Positions 28,616-37,892 of a stretch of DNA of 64,000 bases are shown piece by piece. Where the stretch lies: NCBI GenBank assembly GCA_963744995.1, contig CAVUWA010000011.1, positions 96,001-160,000 of the forward strand. Reading direction: 5' to 3'. Both the position numbers and the translations under genes were made by a program. The notes below the pieces were generated by a model. That model made no database searches and had not been told where the DNA came from. It worked only from the letters and a program-made list of their open reading frames with translations. This stretch comes from Candidatus Eiseniibacteriota bacterium. GTDB lineage: Bacteria; Eisenbacteria; RBG-16-71-46. Position 1 is the stretch's first letter, and each line of letters opens with the position of its first letter.

Positions 28616-29119
28616 GTCCCCCGGTGGAGCCCACGTCGGCGGTCGAAACGCGCCGCCGGCCTGCGGGCTGTCGACAGCGGACAGCACCTCATCGAGCCAG
28701 CGAGGCGCCGTTCCAGCGGACACTTCGCTGCGGGAGAAGTACCGCGCGTCCGTGGTCTCTTCTGTCTCCGTCCGCAGGCTGCCACCAATGCGCTCCGCCT
28801 CAAACACAATCATCGCGTACGAGGTCTTGTCCCCGTTCGCGTACTCAACAACGAACTCCTCACCGCCGAAGACCCCAACCAGCCGTTTCAGACGGACGTG
28901 CAGTCCCGTCTCTTCCCACATCTCGCGCACCGCGGCATCTGAGGGACTCTCCAGTGGTTCGACCGCTCCGCCGGGCGTGCTCCAAGCCCCGCCATCAGCC
29001 TGCCGTACGAGAAGGACCCGCCCATCGGCGTCCCTCAGGATCACCGACACTGAGGGAATCTCCAGAAGCTGGCTCCCGACCTTAGATCGCAGGTCCGCTA
29101 GATACTGGGAGATCCCCAC
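28574..29119 (-). CDS. NUDIX hydrolase, first cassette; reads into its attC
   Basis: Nudix box GGAVEPLESPSDAAVREMWEETG; AAGGAGGAG RBS. Confidence 0.92.
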   Translation of the reverse strand: MGISQYLADLRSKVGSQLLEIPSVSVILRDADGRVLLVRQADGGAWSTPGGAVEPLESPSDAAVREMWEETGLHVRLKRLVGVFGGEEFVVEYANGDKTSYAMIVFEAERIGGSLRTETEETTDARYFSRSEVSAGTAPRWLDEVLSAVDSPQAGGAFRPPTWAPPGDAQLALAADGAARG

Positions 29120-29153
29120 TGGCGACTGTCTCCTCCTTTGAGGCGCGGTTGAC

Positions 29154-29250
29154 GCCTAACTCCAATTCGACAGTTCTACCCTACCGGCTACGCAGTTGCA
29201 CCTATCCCGCCGACCACCCCGTGTGGCCGTGCACTCAACCACCTATCCCC
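29154..29250 (-). other. Putative attI region
   Basis: Unpaired GTTAGGC core at 29154-29160 just before the first cassette RBS; 10-bp direct repeats GGGATAGGTG at 29199-29208 and 29240-29249. Confidence 0.7.
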
Positions 29251-29324
29251 AACCGATTTCCGACATTCTGCCCGCGCTCTGGAGCCACGATAGGCGGCGC
29301 CCCCCCCTGCGACCACGTGCGCCT

Positions 29325-30402
29325 TCACAGCCTATCCGCCGGGCTCACCACGCCCAGGCCGCCCCGATTCAGCACGTGCGTATAGATCATCGTCGTGCTC
29401 ACGTCGCGATGGCCGAGGAGTTGCTGCACGGCGCGGATGTCGTAGCCGCTCTCGATCAGGTGCGTGGCGAACGAGTGCCGGAACGTGTGGCAGGTTACCC
29501 GCTTGCTCACCTGCGCCACGATCCCGGCCTGGCGCACCGCCCGTTGCACGACGGTCTCGTGCAGGTTGTGGCGGCGCCACTCGCCGGAGTCACGGTCCGT
29601 GTAGATCCGCGTTGCCGGAAACACCCCCTGCCACAGCCACTCCCGGCCGGCATTGGGGTACTTGCGCGCCAGGGCGCCGGGCAGTTCGACCCGGCCCGCC
29701 CCGCGGCGCAGGTCCAGCTCGTGCCGGTCGAGAACGCGCTCGAGGTGGCGCGCCAGCTCCTGCTGAACGCTCACGGGCAACATCGTGCGCCGCTCGCGGC
29801 CGCCCTTGCCTTCGCGACCGATGATCTCGCCGCCCGCGAAGTCGACGTCCTTGATCCGCAGGCGCAGCCCCTCCAGCAGCCGGAGCCCCGCCCCGTAGAG
29901 CAGCTTCGTCACCAGGGCGGCGGTCCCCTCGACCCGGCTCAGCACGGCGCGCACTTCCTCTCGTGTGAGCACGACGGGAAGCCTCGTCGAGCGTTTCGCG
30001 CGCACGATCCCGTGGAGCCACGGGAGTTCGACTTCGAGCACGCGGTCGTAGAGGAACAGCAGCGCCGAGAGCGCCTGGTTCTGCGTGGCGACACTCACCC
30101 GACGCTCGACGGCCAGCCAGGTCAGGAAAGCCGTGACGTGGGGAGCGCCCATTTCGGCGGGGTGGCGCTTGCCGTGGAAGAGGATGAAGCGCCGGATCCA
30201 GCCGACGTACGCTTCCTCGGTGCGGCGGCTGTAGCGGGCGGCGCGGATCGCGCTCCGCACGCGATCCAGCAGCCGCGGGCCAGGCCGGGCGCCTGCGGGG
30301 ATCTCTGGCGTGTGCGCCTGCCCCCTCCCGAACCACCCGGGGCCACCCGACCGGCAACGCCCTCGCTCCACCGCGATCCCGCACGAACGGCACAACGGCC
30401 AC
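29325..30402 (-). CDS. intI: Integron integrase; the N-terminus appears frameshifted relative to the catalytic ORF
   Basis: [26 protein letters not shown], IntI-specific insert ([17 protein letters not shown]), [24 protein letters not shown]. Confidence 0.95.
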
Positions 30403-30433
30403 GGCCTGCATCCTCCTTCCCGGGGATGCGGGG

Positions 30434-30462
30434 ACGCTAGGTCTCTCGTTCAGGCCCGTCAA
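30434..30462 (-). promoter_or_regulatory. Putative integrase promoter (Pint)
   Basis: TTGACG-N17-TAGCGT; boxes conserved in the relic copy. Confidence 0.65.
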
Positions 30463-30593
30463 CCCGCGGCTCGCAGTTGGCCTCGCCTGAATCCTCCGGC
30501 TAGTCTCCCCGGATTCACGGGCGCCTCGCGATCGGGCGTCCGCGGGCATTCATGCCGGCGCCCCTGCGCCGCGCCACCGACCGAGGCTTTGCT

Positions 30594-31031
30594 TTGACCA
30601 TCGAAGGCTTCCACGTCGTCCATGAGTTCATGCCCCGCTTCCGCGACACCGACGCGATGGGGCACATCAACAACGCCGTCTACATCACCTACCTGGAGGT
30701 CGCGCGGCAGGAGTACTGGCGCGCGCTCGATGGCACGCAGGACTATCGCCGCGTGCCGTTCATCCTCGCGCACGTCACGGTGGATTTCCGCTCGGAGGCG
30801 CTGGTCAACGAGACGCTGCTCGTCGGCTGCCGCTGCGTGCGGATCGGCGGCAAGTCGTTCGACTTCGAATACGAGATCCGCGAAAAGCAGAGCGGCCGGC
30901 TGATCGTCGAGGGGCGCACGGTGCAGGTGTGCTACGACTACGGCCGCAAGGCGACGATCCCGGTGCCCGAGGATCTGCGCCGGGCGATCACGGGCCTGGA
31001 AGGCCGTCCTCTTTCGGAGGTGAAGCGATGA
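30594..31031 (+). CDS. 4HBT/YbgC-like acyl-CoA thioesterase
   Basis: RFRDTDAMGHINNAVY motif; TTG start. Confidence 0.92.
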   Translation: MTIEGFHVVHEFMPRFRDTDAMGHINNAVYITYLEVARQEYWRALDGTQDYRRVPFILAHVTVDFRSEALVNETLLVGCRCVRIGGKSFDFEYEIREKQSGRLIVEGRTVQVCYDYGRKATIPVPEDLRRAITGLEGRPLSEVKR

Positions 31032-31360
31032 GCGATCCGGCGAAGCCCGCGCGGCGTTCGACGCCCGCGTCGCGGCGCGCTTTCCTGAAGACCCTCGCCG
31101 CCGGCTCGGCCGCGGCGCTCACGGCCCCCGCGTTCGCGCTCGCCGCGGAGGAGAAGATGCCGAAGAAGAAAGCCGGCGTGAAACCCGATGCGAAGGCCGC
31201 GCCGGCACGCCCCGCCGACATCGAGAAGGCCGTCGCCGAGCAGAAGGAATACACGAAGAAGACGGTCGCGACGCTGCGCGCGTACGAGCTCGAGACCAAC
31301 GCCGAGCAGGCGTTCGTGTTCGCGCCGATGAAGCCCGGAAAATCCGGGGGCGCGCGATGA
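31028..31360 (+). CDS. Small Tat-signal protein coupled to the amidase
   Basis: SRRAFLK twin-arginine motif with ALA cleavage site; ATGA overlaps on both sides. Confidence 0.8.
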   Translation: MSDPAKPARRSTPASRRAFLKTLAAGSAAALTAPAFALAAEEKMPKKKAGVKPDAKAAPARPADIEKAVAEQKEYTKKTVATLRAYELETNAEQAFVFAPMKPGKSGGAR

Positions 31361-32772
31361 GGACGATCGAGAAGGAAGACCTGCTGCGGCCGGTGTCCGA
31401 GCTGGGTCCGCTGCTCAAGCGCCGCCAGATCTCGGCAGTGGATCTCACCGAGGCCTACCTCGATCGGCTGCAGCGCCTGGGCCCGACCTACAACGCGCTC
31501 GCCACGCCCACGGTGGAGCTCGCGCGCCGGCAGGCGCGCGAAGCCGACAACGAAATCCGCCACGGGCGCTGGCGCGGCCCGCTGCACGGGATCCCGTGGG
31601 GCGCGAAGGACCTGCTCGCGACGCAGGGCATCCCCACGACCTGGGGCGCGGCGCCGTGCCGCGATCAGGTGTTCGATTACGACGCGACGGTGGTCACTCG
31701 CCTGCGCGAGGCCGGCGCGGTGCTGATCGGCAAGCTCGCGATGGTCGAATTCGCGGGCGGCCTCGGCTACCGCTGGCCGAAGGCGTCGCTGCAGGGGCCG
31801 GGCCTGAACCCGTGGGATACGTCGCGCTGGACCGGCGGCTCGTCGTCGGGCTCGGGCGCCTCGGTCGCGGCGGGGCTCGTGGGTTTCGCGATCGGCACCG
31901 AGACGTGGGGCTCGATCCTCTGCCCCTCGGCGTTCTGCGGAGTCACCGGGCTGCGTCCCACCTACGGGCGCGTGAGCCGCCACGGCGGCATGGTGTGCGC
32001 GTACACGTTCGACAAGATCGGCGCGATGGCGCGCTCGGCCGCGGACTGCCGCGCGGTGCTGCAGGCGATGGCGGGGCACGACCCGCTGGACCCGTCGTCC
32101 TCTCATGAGCCGGTGGCGCTCGGGCCGAACACCGGCCGCGAGCCCGGCAGCCTGCGCGCCGCGCTGATCCCCGCGGACTTCACGCAGAAAGGCGCCGAAG
32201 CGCCGGTGAAAGAGGCGTTCGACCGCGCCGTGGACGACCTGCACGCGCTCGGCGTCACGATCGAAGAGGCGAAGCTCCCCGAGTTCCCGGCTTCCGAGGT
32301 CGCCGGCTTCCTGATCGGCGCCGAGGCCGTGTCGAACTTCGAGGCGTTCTACCGCGACGGCACGATCTCGCAGCTCTCCGACGCCCTGGCGCCGTACCAG
32401 CCGGAAATCCTCGAGGTCGCCTCGCCCGCCGACGTGGTCAAGGCGTGGCGCATGCGGCTCGAACTGCAGAAGAAGACGGCCGCGTTCTTCGAGCGCTGCG
32501 ACGTGATCGTCGCGCCCAACTTCCTGTCGGTGGCGCCGCCGGTGGATCGCGATCTGTACGAAACGCTCCCCTACGGTGATCCGGTCGGCGCGATCGGCAA
32601 CGCGTGCGGGCTGCCGGCGATCGCACTGCCGTGCGGGCTCGACCCGAAGGGCATGCCGATCGGCTTCCAGGTCGTGGCCGCGCCGTTCGAAGAAGCAACG
32701 CTGCTCAAACTCGGCGAGCGCTACCAGCGGCGCACCGACTACCACCGCCTGCACCCGCGATTCGACGGATGA
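31357..32772 (+). CDS. Amidase-signature (GatA-like) amidase
   Basis: GIPWGAKD, GGSSSGS, GTETWGSI (Lys-cisSer-Ser triad). Confidence 0.93.
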   Translation: MRTIEKEDLLRPVSELGPLLKRRQISAVDLTEAYLDRLQRLGPTYNALATPTVELARRQAREADNEIRHGRWRGPLHGIPWGAKDLLATQGIPTTWGAAPCRDQVFDYDATVVTRLREAGAVLIGKLAMVEFAGGLGYRWPKASLQGPGLNPWDTSRWTGGSSSGSGASVAAGLVGFAIGTETWGSILCPSAFCGVTGLRPTYGRVSRHGGMVCAYTFDKIGAMARSAADCRAVLQAMAGHDPLDPSSSHEPVALGPNTGREPGSLRAALIPADFTQKGAEAPVKEAFDRAVDDLHALGVTIEEAKLPEFPASEVAGFLIGAEAVSNFEAFYRDGTISQLSDALAPYQPEILEVASPADVVKAWRMRLELQKKTAAFFERCDVIVAPNFLSVAPPVDRDLYETLPYGDPVGAIGNACGLPAIALPCGLDPKGMPIGFQVVAAPFEEATLLKLGERYQRRTDYHRLHPRFDG

Positions 32773-34169
32773 GCCGGCGTCCGGCGAACCCGACCGGCAC
32801 GCCGGAGCGGGTCCCCGCGCCGGATGCCCCGCCGGGTCCGACCATGGACCCGAAGGAGCCGTCGTCCAGGCATGCCGCGCACGACGTGCGCGCGCCCGGC
32901 GTGCACGCGGACAATTTCCACTTCCCGAAGGGCTTCCTCTGGGGCGCCTCGACCTCGTCGCATCAGGTCGAGGGCGGCAACACCGGCAACGACTGGTGGG
33001 CCTGGGAGCAGGCCGGACGGGTGCCGGATCCATCCGGCGCCGCGTGCGACCACTACCGGCGCTTCCGCGACGACTTCGACATCGCCCGCTCGCTCAACCA
33101 CAACGCGCACCGCTTCTCGCTCGAGTGGAGCCGCATCGAGCCCGAGGAGGGTCGCTTCTCGGACGAAGGGCTCGCCCACTACAGCGACGTGATCGACGCG
33201 CTGATCGAGCGTGGCATCGAGCCGGTGATGACGGCGCACCACTACACGCTGCCGATGTGGCTGGCCGAAAAGGGCGGCTGGGAGTCGCCCGGGATCGAGA
33301 AGCACTACGCGCGCTACATCGCGAAGGTCGCCGATGCCTATGCCTCGCGGGTGCGCTGGTGGATCACGATCAACGAGCCGGTGGTGCACACGTTCAAGAG
33401 CTACATCATCGGCCAGTGGCCGCCCGGCAAGCAGCGCTACCCGTCGGCGTTCAAGGTCGTGCGGCACATGCTGCGCGCGCACGTGAAGGCGTACCACGCG
33501 ATCCACGAGCGCCGCGCGGACGCGATGGTGAGCGTCGCCAAGCACGCGCTGGCGCTCTCGCCGTGCGATCCGCACCGCTGGCGCGACCGCCTGTCGGTGC
33601 GGGCGCGCTCGTATCTGTTCAACCGCATGTTCTACGACGCGCTGCATTCGGGGGCGCTGCGCGTGCCCGGGCTGTTCTGGGAGAGCCTGCCGTCCGGGCG
33701 CACGCTGGACTTCATCGGTCTCAACTACTACACGCGCGACTTCGTGCGGAACACCGGCTTCACGATCCCGGGTCTGATCGGCAACCTGTGCACGATCGAC
33801 CAGCACCGCATGATCTCGAAGCGCAACGACCTGGGCTGGGAGATCTATCCGGAAGGCCTCGCGCAGTTCCTGCACTTCTTCCGCCGCTACGACGTGCCGA
33901 TTCTGATCACGGAGAACGGCGTGCCGACGGACGACGACGACGACCGCTGGGTGTTCATCTTCATGCACCTCTGGCAGGCGGCGCGCGCGATCGCCGACGG
34001 CGTGAAGGTGGCGGGCTACCTGCACTGGTCGCTGCTCGACAATTTCGAGTGGGCCGACGGCTACGCGGCCCGTTTCGGCCTGGTCGGCGTGGACTTCGCG
34101 ACGCAGGAGCGCACCGTGCGCGACAGCGCGCGGCGTCTGGCGAACATCATCGCGCGCAACGAGCTGTAA
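32769..34169 (+). CDS. Glycoside hydrolase family 1
   Basis: FLWGASTSSHQVEG, TINEP, ITENG and WSLLDNFEW motifs. Confidence 0.95.
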   Translation: MSRRPANPTGTPERVPAPDAPPGPTMDPKEPSSRHAAHDVRAPGVHADNFHFPKGFLWGASTSSHQVEGGNTGNDWWAWEQAGRVPDPSGAACDHYRRFRDDFDIARSLNHNAHRFSLEWSRIEPEEGRFSDEGLAHYSDVIDALIERGIEPVMTAHHYTLPMWLAEKGGWESPGIEKHYARYIAKVADAYASRVRWWITINEPVVHTFKSYIIGQWPPGKQRYPSAFKVVRHMLRAHVKAYHAIHERRADAMVSVAKHALALSPCDPHRWRDRLSVRARSYLFNRMFYDALHSGALRVPGLFWESLPSGRTLDFIGLNYYTRDFVRNTGFTIPGLIGNLCTIDQHRMISKRNDLGWEIYPEGLAQFLHFFRRYDVPILITENGVPTDDDDDRWVFIFMHLWQAARAIADGVKVAGYLHWSLLDNFEWADGYAARFGLVGVDFATQERTVRDSARRLANIIARNEL

Positions 34170-34204
34170 CCCGCGCCTCCTCCGGCAGCGCCGAAGTGCG
34201 CTGC

Positions 34205-34383
34205 GGGACGAGCCGGTCCGCGCCGCGCCGGCAGAGGCCCTGCAGGGGGGTCGTGCGGCGCGGCGGTCCTGGCCGCGCCTCGCTGTCGCGGCCGCGACAC
34301 GCGATGCGCGGCTCAGGACCGCCGCGGCCGACGCGACCCCCCTTCAGGGCGCTCTGCCGGCGCGGCGCGGACCGGCTCGTCCC
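34205..34383. repeat. Long palindromic element, copy 2
   Basis: Perfect 32-bp inverted arms at 34205-34236 and 34352-34383 around a 115-bp imperfect hairpin core. Confidence 0.85.
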
Positions 34384-34476
34384 ACACCCGCGGCCGCGGG
34401 CGCTTCATCCCGTCGCGGCCCGTGCTACCATCGGCGTCCCGTGATTCCGTTCCTCCGGCCGAAATGGAGCCCTGCC

Positions 34477-35811
34477 ATGCGTTCGATCTTTCGCGCGCCC
34501 CTGCTGATCGCGGCAGCCGCGCTCTTCTCGCTGTCCTGCGCCAGCGCGCAGGCATCGTTCAACGGCCTGCCGTTCATCGAGGACGACTTCAACGCCGCCC
34601 TCGCCCAGGCCAAGCAGAAGGACGTGCCGATCTTCGTGGACGCCACGGCGTCGTGGTGCCACTCGTGCCTGTCCATGAAGCAGTACGTATTCACCGACTC
34701 GAAGCTCGCCCCCGTGGTCGGCAAGTACGTGTGGCTCGAGCTCGACATGGAGAAGCCCGAGAACGCGGCGTTCCGGACGAAGTACCCGGTGCAGGCGTTT
34801 CCGACCTATTTCATCATCGACCCGCGCAACGAGAAGCCGCTGATCCGCTGGGTGGGCGGCTGCTCGGTGGACCGCGTCCTGGCGCTGCTCGACGAGGCGA
34901 CGCTGGCCTATCAGGGCAAGACCCCGGCGCGGCTCGCCGAGGCCGACGCGCTCTACGGCGAAGGCAAGAACGCAGAGGCGATCGCCGCCTACCAGGACGT
35001 GCTCGACACGGCGACCCCCGATGCGCCGTACTACGCGCGCACGGTGGAGTCGCTGCTGTTCGCGCTGTCCATGGCCGACAGCTCCGAGCGAGGGCTGGCG
35101 CTCGCCGAGAAGACGCTGCCCCTGCTGCGCCACGCATCGTGCGCGGGCAACATCGTCTCGTACGGGCTCGATTTCGCGATCGCGCTGCCCGAAGACCAGG
35201 CGGACCGGCCAAAGCGCATGGCCGCGATGGAGCGCGAGGCGCTGGCGATCGCCGAAGACAAGTCGCTCGACCTCGCGGCCGATGACCGCTCGGGCGTGTA
35301 CATCGCGCTGCTCGACGCGCGCGACGCGGCCGGTGACGAAAAGGGTTACCGGATGACCGCCGAGCGCTGGTCCGCCTTCCTCGAAGGGGCGGCGGCGGCG
35401 GCGAAGACGCCCGCAGCGCGCGCCGTGTTCGACTCGCACCGCCTGAGCGCGCTGCTCGAGCTCGGCGAGCCCGAGAAGGCCGTGCCGTTCCTCGAGCAGT
35501 CCGAGCGCGATTTCCCCGACGACTTCAACCCGCCGGCGCGGCTCGCGATCGCCTACAAGGCGATGAAGCAGTGGGATCAGGGCATCGCCGCCGCGAACCG
35601 CGCGCTCGCCAAGCCCGACACCGACGGCCCGCGCCGCCTGCTGATCCTCCAGTACCTGGCCGACCTCTATACGGGCAAGGGGGACAAGGACGCCGCGCGC
35701 CGCACGCTCGCCGACGCGGTGCAATTCGGCGAGAACCTCCCCGAAGGCCAGCGCGCCGATTCGCGGGTGGCGGCCCTCAGGAAGAAGCTCAAGGCGCTGG
35801 GACCGGCGTAG
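34477..35811 (+). CDS. Exported thioredoxin-fold protein with TPR-like region
   Basis: Signal peptide, WCHSC, cis-Pro (AFPT) and helical repeats. Confidence 0.85.
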   Translation: MRSIFRAPLLIAAAALFSLSCASAQASFNGLPFIEDDFNAALAQAKQKDVPIFVDATASWCHSCLSMKQYVFTDSKLAPVVGKYVWLELDMEKPENAAFRTKYPVQAFPTYFIIDPRNEKPLIRWVGGCSVDRVLALLDEATLAYQGKTPARLAEADALYGEGKNAEAIAAYQDVLDTATPDAPYYARTVESLLFALSMADSSERGLALAEKTLPLLRHASCAGNIVSYGLDFAIALPEDQADRPKRMAAMEREALAIAEDKSLDLAADDRSGVYIALLDARDAAGDEKGYRMTAERWSAFLEGAAAAAKTPAARAVFDSHRLSALLELGEPEKAVPFLEQSERDFPDDFNPPARLAIAYKAMKQWDQGIAAANRALAKPDTDGPRRLLILQYLADLYTGKGDKDAARRTLADAVQFGENLPEGQRADSRVAALRKKLKALGPA

Positions 35812-35822
35812 GAAGGCGCGCC

Positions 35823-36320
35823 ATGGGCACCCCGGGCCGGGACTTCGTGGCGGGCAGCCTTTCCGCTCCCGGCGGGGCTCCGCCCCGGGCCCCGTCGGTG
35901 CGCCATGGATGGATCGCTGCGCTGATGCTCGCCGCCGGCCTCTCCTCGTGCACGGGCCTTCCCACCCGGCCGATGTTCGGGCCCGCGGCGTCCGGTCCTC
36001 TGACGCGCGACATCCGGATCGGCGTCGGCGCGGGCGCCGACAGCGGAATGGTCGCGAGCATTCACTACACGATGCGACTCGAGGGCGATTCCCGGGTCAT
36101 CGACTCGACCTATGGTCGCGGCCGGCCTTTCTCGTTCACGATCGGCACGGGAATCGTCATCCGGGGTCTCGATCTGGGCATCCTCGGCATGCGCGTCGGC
36201 GGCCTGCGCGAGCTCGTGATCCCGCCGGAACTCGCCTACGGCAGCCATGGTATTCCCCCGGTCATCCCGCCGAACTCGACGCTGGTCATGCGCATGGAGC
36301 TGATCGAGCTCTCGCGCTGA
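35823..36320 (+). CDS. FKBP-type peptidyl-prolyl isomerase, probable lipoprotein
   Basis: LSSC lipobox, VIRGLD.GI.GMRVGG and IPPELAYG..GIPPVIPPNSTL motifs. Confidence 0.88.
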   Translation: MGTPGRDFVAGSLSAPGGAPPRAPSVRHGWIAALMLAAGLSSCTGLPTRPMFGPAASGPLTRDIRIGVGAGADSGMVASIHYTMRLEGDSRVIDSTYGRGRPFSFTIGTGIVIRGLDLGILGMRVGGLRELVIPPELAYGSHGIPPVIPPNSTLVMRMELIELSR

Positions 36321-36364
36321 AACAGCGTTGACATCGCGGCCCCGCCCGGCAACCTTCCGCGACC

Positions 36365-37720
36365 ATGAGGCTCCCGAACCTGCTCGCCACGAAGAACGGC
36401 CGACTCGCGGCCTTCTTCTCGCTGTACCTGACCGAGGGCATCCCGCTCGGCTTCACCGCGACCGCGATCGCCACGCAGATGCGCCGCCAGGGGCTCGGTC
36501 CCGCGGAGATCGGCGCGTTCGTCGGTTCGCTCTACCTGCCGTGGGCGTGGAAGTGGGCGGTCGGCCCGATCGTCGACATCTTCAGCTCCGACCGCCACGG
36601 CCGCCGCCGCACCTGGATCGTCGCCATGCAGGTGATGATGGTGCTCACCCTGATGGCGGCGCTGCCGGTGCACTTCACCACGCAGGTGAAGCTGTTCACC
36701 TTCATCATCCTGATCCACAACATGTTCGGCGCCACGCAGGACGTCGCGATCGACGCGCTCGCCGTGAACGTACTGGCGGAGAAGGAACGCGGGCTCGCGA
36801 ACGGCCTCATGTTCGGCGGCGCCTACCTCGGCCAGGCGATCGGCGGCTCGGGCGTGCTCTACCTGACGCCGCTGATCGGCTTCAACTCGACCTACTTCTT
36901 CGTCGCGGCGGTGATCCTCTCGGTGACGCTCACCGTCGCCCTGCCGATGCGCGAGCGCGCCGCGCCGCCGCGCGAGAGCGCGCAGGGGCCGAAGGGCCGC
37001 GCCGCCTGGCTCGAGATCCGCCGGTTCGTCGTGGATTCGTATCGCGCGTTCACCGGTTCGCGCGCGGCGTTCCTCGGCGTGCTGTTCGCGCTGCTGCCGG
37101 GCGGCGCCTACGCGCTCGGCCTCGCGCTGCAGTCGAACCTCGCCGTGGAGCTCGGGCTCACCGATCCGCAGGTCGCGACGCTCAACCTGTGGTCCACCGT
37201 CATTTCGGCGCTCGGCTGCGTGGCGGGCGGCTTCATGTCCGACCGCTTCGGCCGCCGCCGCATGCTGGCGCTGTTCTTCGTCGGCACCGCGCTGCCGACG
37301 TTCTACCTCGCCTGGGTCATGCAGCAGCACGGCTGGATCATGCCGGTGCCTCCCGACATGGCGAACCGGCCGGTGCCGGCCGCGTCGCTGGTTTCGATGT
37401 TCTGGGCGATGACCATCACCTATTCGGTGTTCCAGGGACTCATGTATGGCACGCGCACGGCGCTGTTCATGGACGTCACCACACCGAAGGTCGCCGCCAC
37501 GCAGTTCACGGCCTACATGGCGATGCTCAACCTGACGATCAGCTACAGCGCGTCGTGGCAGGGCTGGGCGATCGAAAAGTGGGGCTACCCGCTGACGCTC
37601 GCCGTCGACGGCGTCGCGGGGCTGCTGTGCATCGCGGTCCTGCCATGGATGGTGGTGAGGAACAAGCACGCCGGGCCGACGCCGGGCGCCGAGGCGATCC
37701 CGGAAGCGGTCCAGCCCTGA
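36365..37720 (+). CDS. AmpG-like MFS transporter
   Basis: LPWAWKW..GPIVD, ATQDVAIDA and ATQFT motifs; about 12 TM segments. Confidence 0.85.
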   Translation: MRLPNLLATKNGRLAAFFSLYLTEGIPLGFTATAIATQMRRQGLGPAEIGAFVGSLYLPWAWKWAVGPIVDIFSSDRHGRRRTWIVAMQVMMVLTLMAALPVHFTTQVKLFTFIILIHNMFGATQDVAIDALAVNVLAEKERGLANGLMFGGAYLGQAIGGSGVLYLTPLIGFNSTYFFVAAVILSVTLTVALPMRERAAPPRESAQGPKGRAAWLEIRRFVVDSYRAFTGSRAAFLGVLFALLPGGAYALGLALQSNLAVELGLTDPQVATLNLWSTVISALGCVAGGFMSDRFGRRRMLALFFVGTALPTFYLAWVMQQHGWIMPVPPDMANRPVPAASLVSMFWAMTITYSVFQGLMYGTRTALFMDVTTPKVAATQFTAYMAMLNLTISYSASWQGWAIEKWGYPLTLAVDGVAGLLCIAVLPWMVVRNKHAGPTPGAEAIPEAVQP

Positions 37721-37892
37721 GCGCGCGCGCGCCGCGCCGCAAGTCGTTGTGATGCAGCGGGTGGCGCCTGCAACCCCCGGCCGCCGTGCCGGGGACGATC
37801 GCGCTGATCCCGCTCAGCCGCGGGCCCGCCACCGCCGATAACGATGGAGCCCGGGCATGGCCGCCCGGTGCGCATCCGCACGGAGGCACCTC

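Larger units (their letters stand above)
23679..30462 (-). mobile_element. Integron with inverted (co-oriented) integrase and decaying cassette array
   Basis: intI on the minus strand, attI downstream, and short co-oriented genes separated by attC-like palindromes. Confidence 0.9.

Noticed and set aside
23450..29320. CRISPR array or tandem repeat interpretation of the repeated motifs
   Set aside because: The repeats are non-identical palindromes spaced by whole genes (attC pattern), and there are no cas genes.
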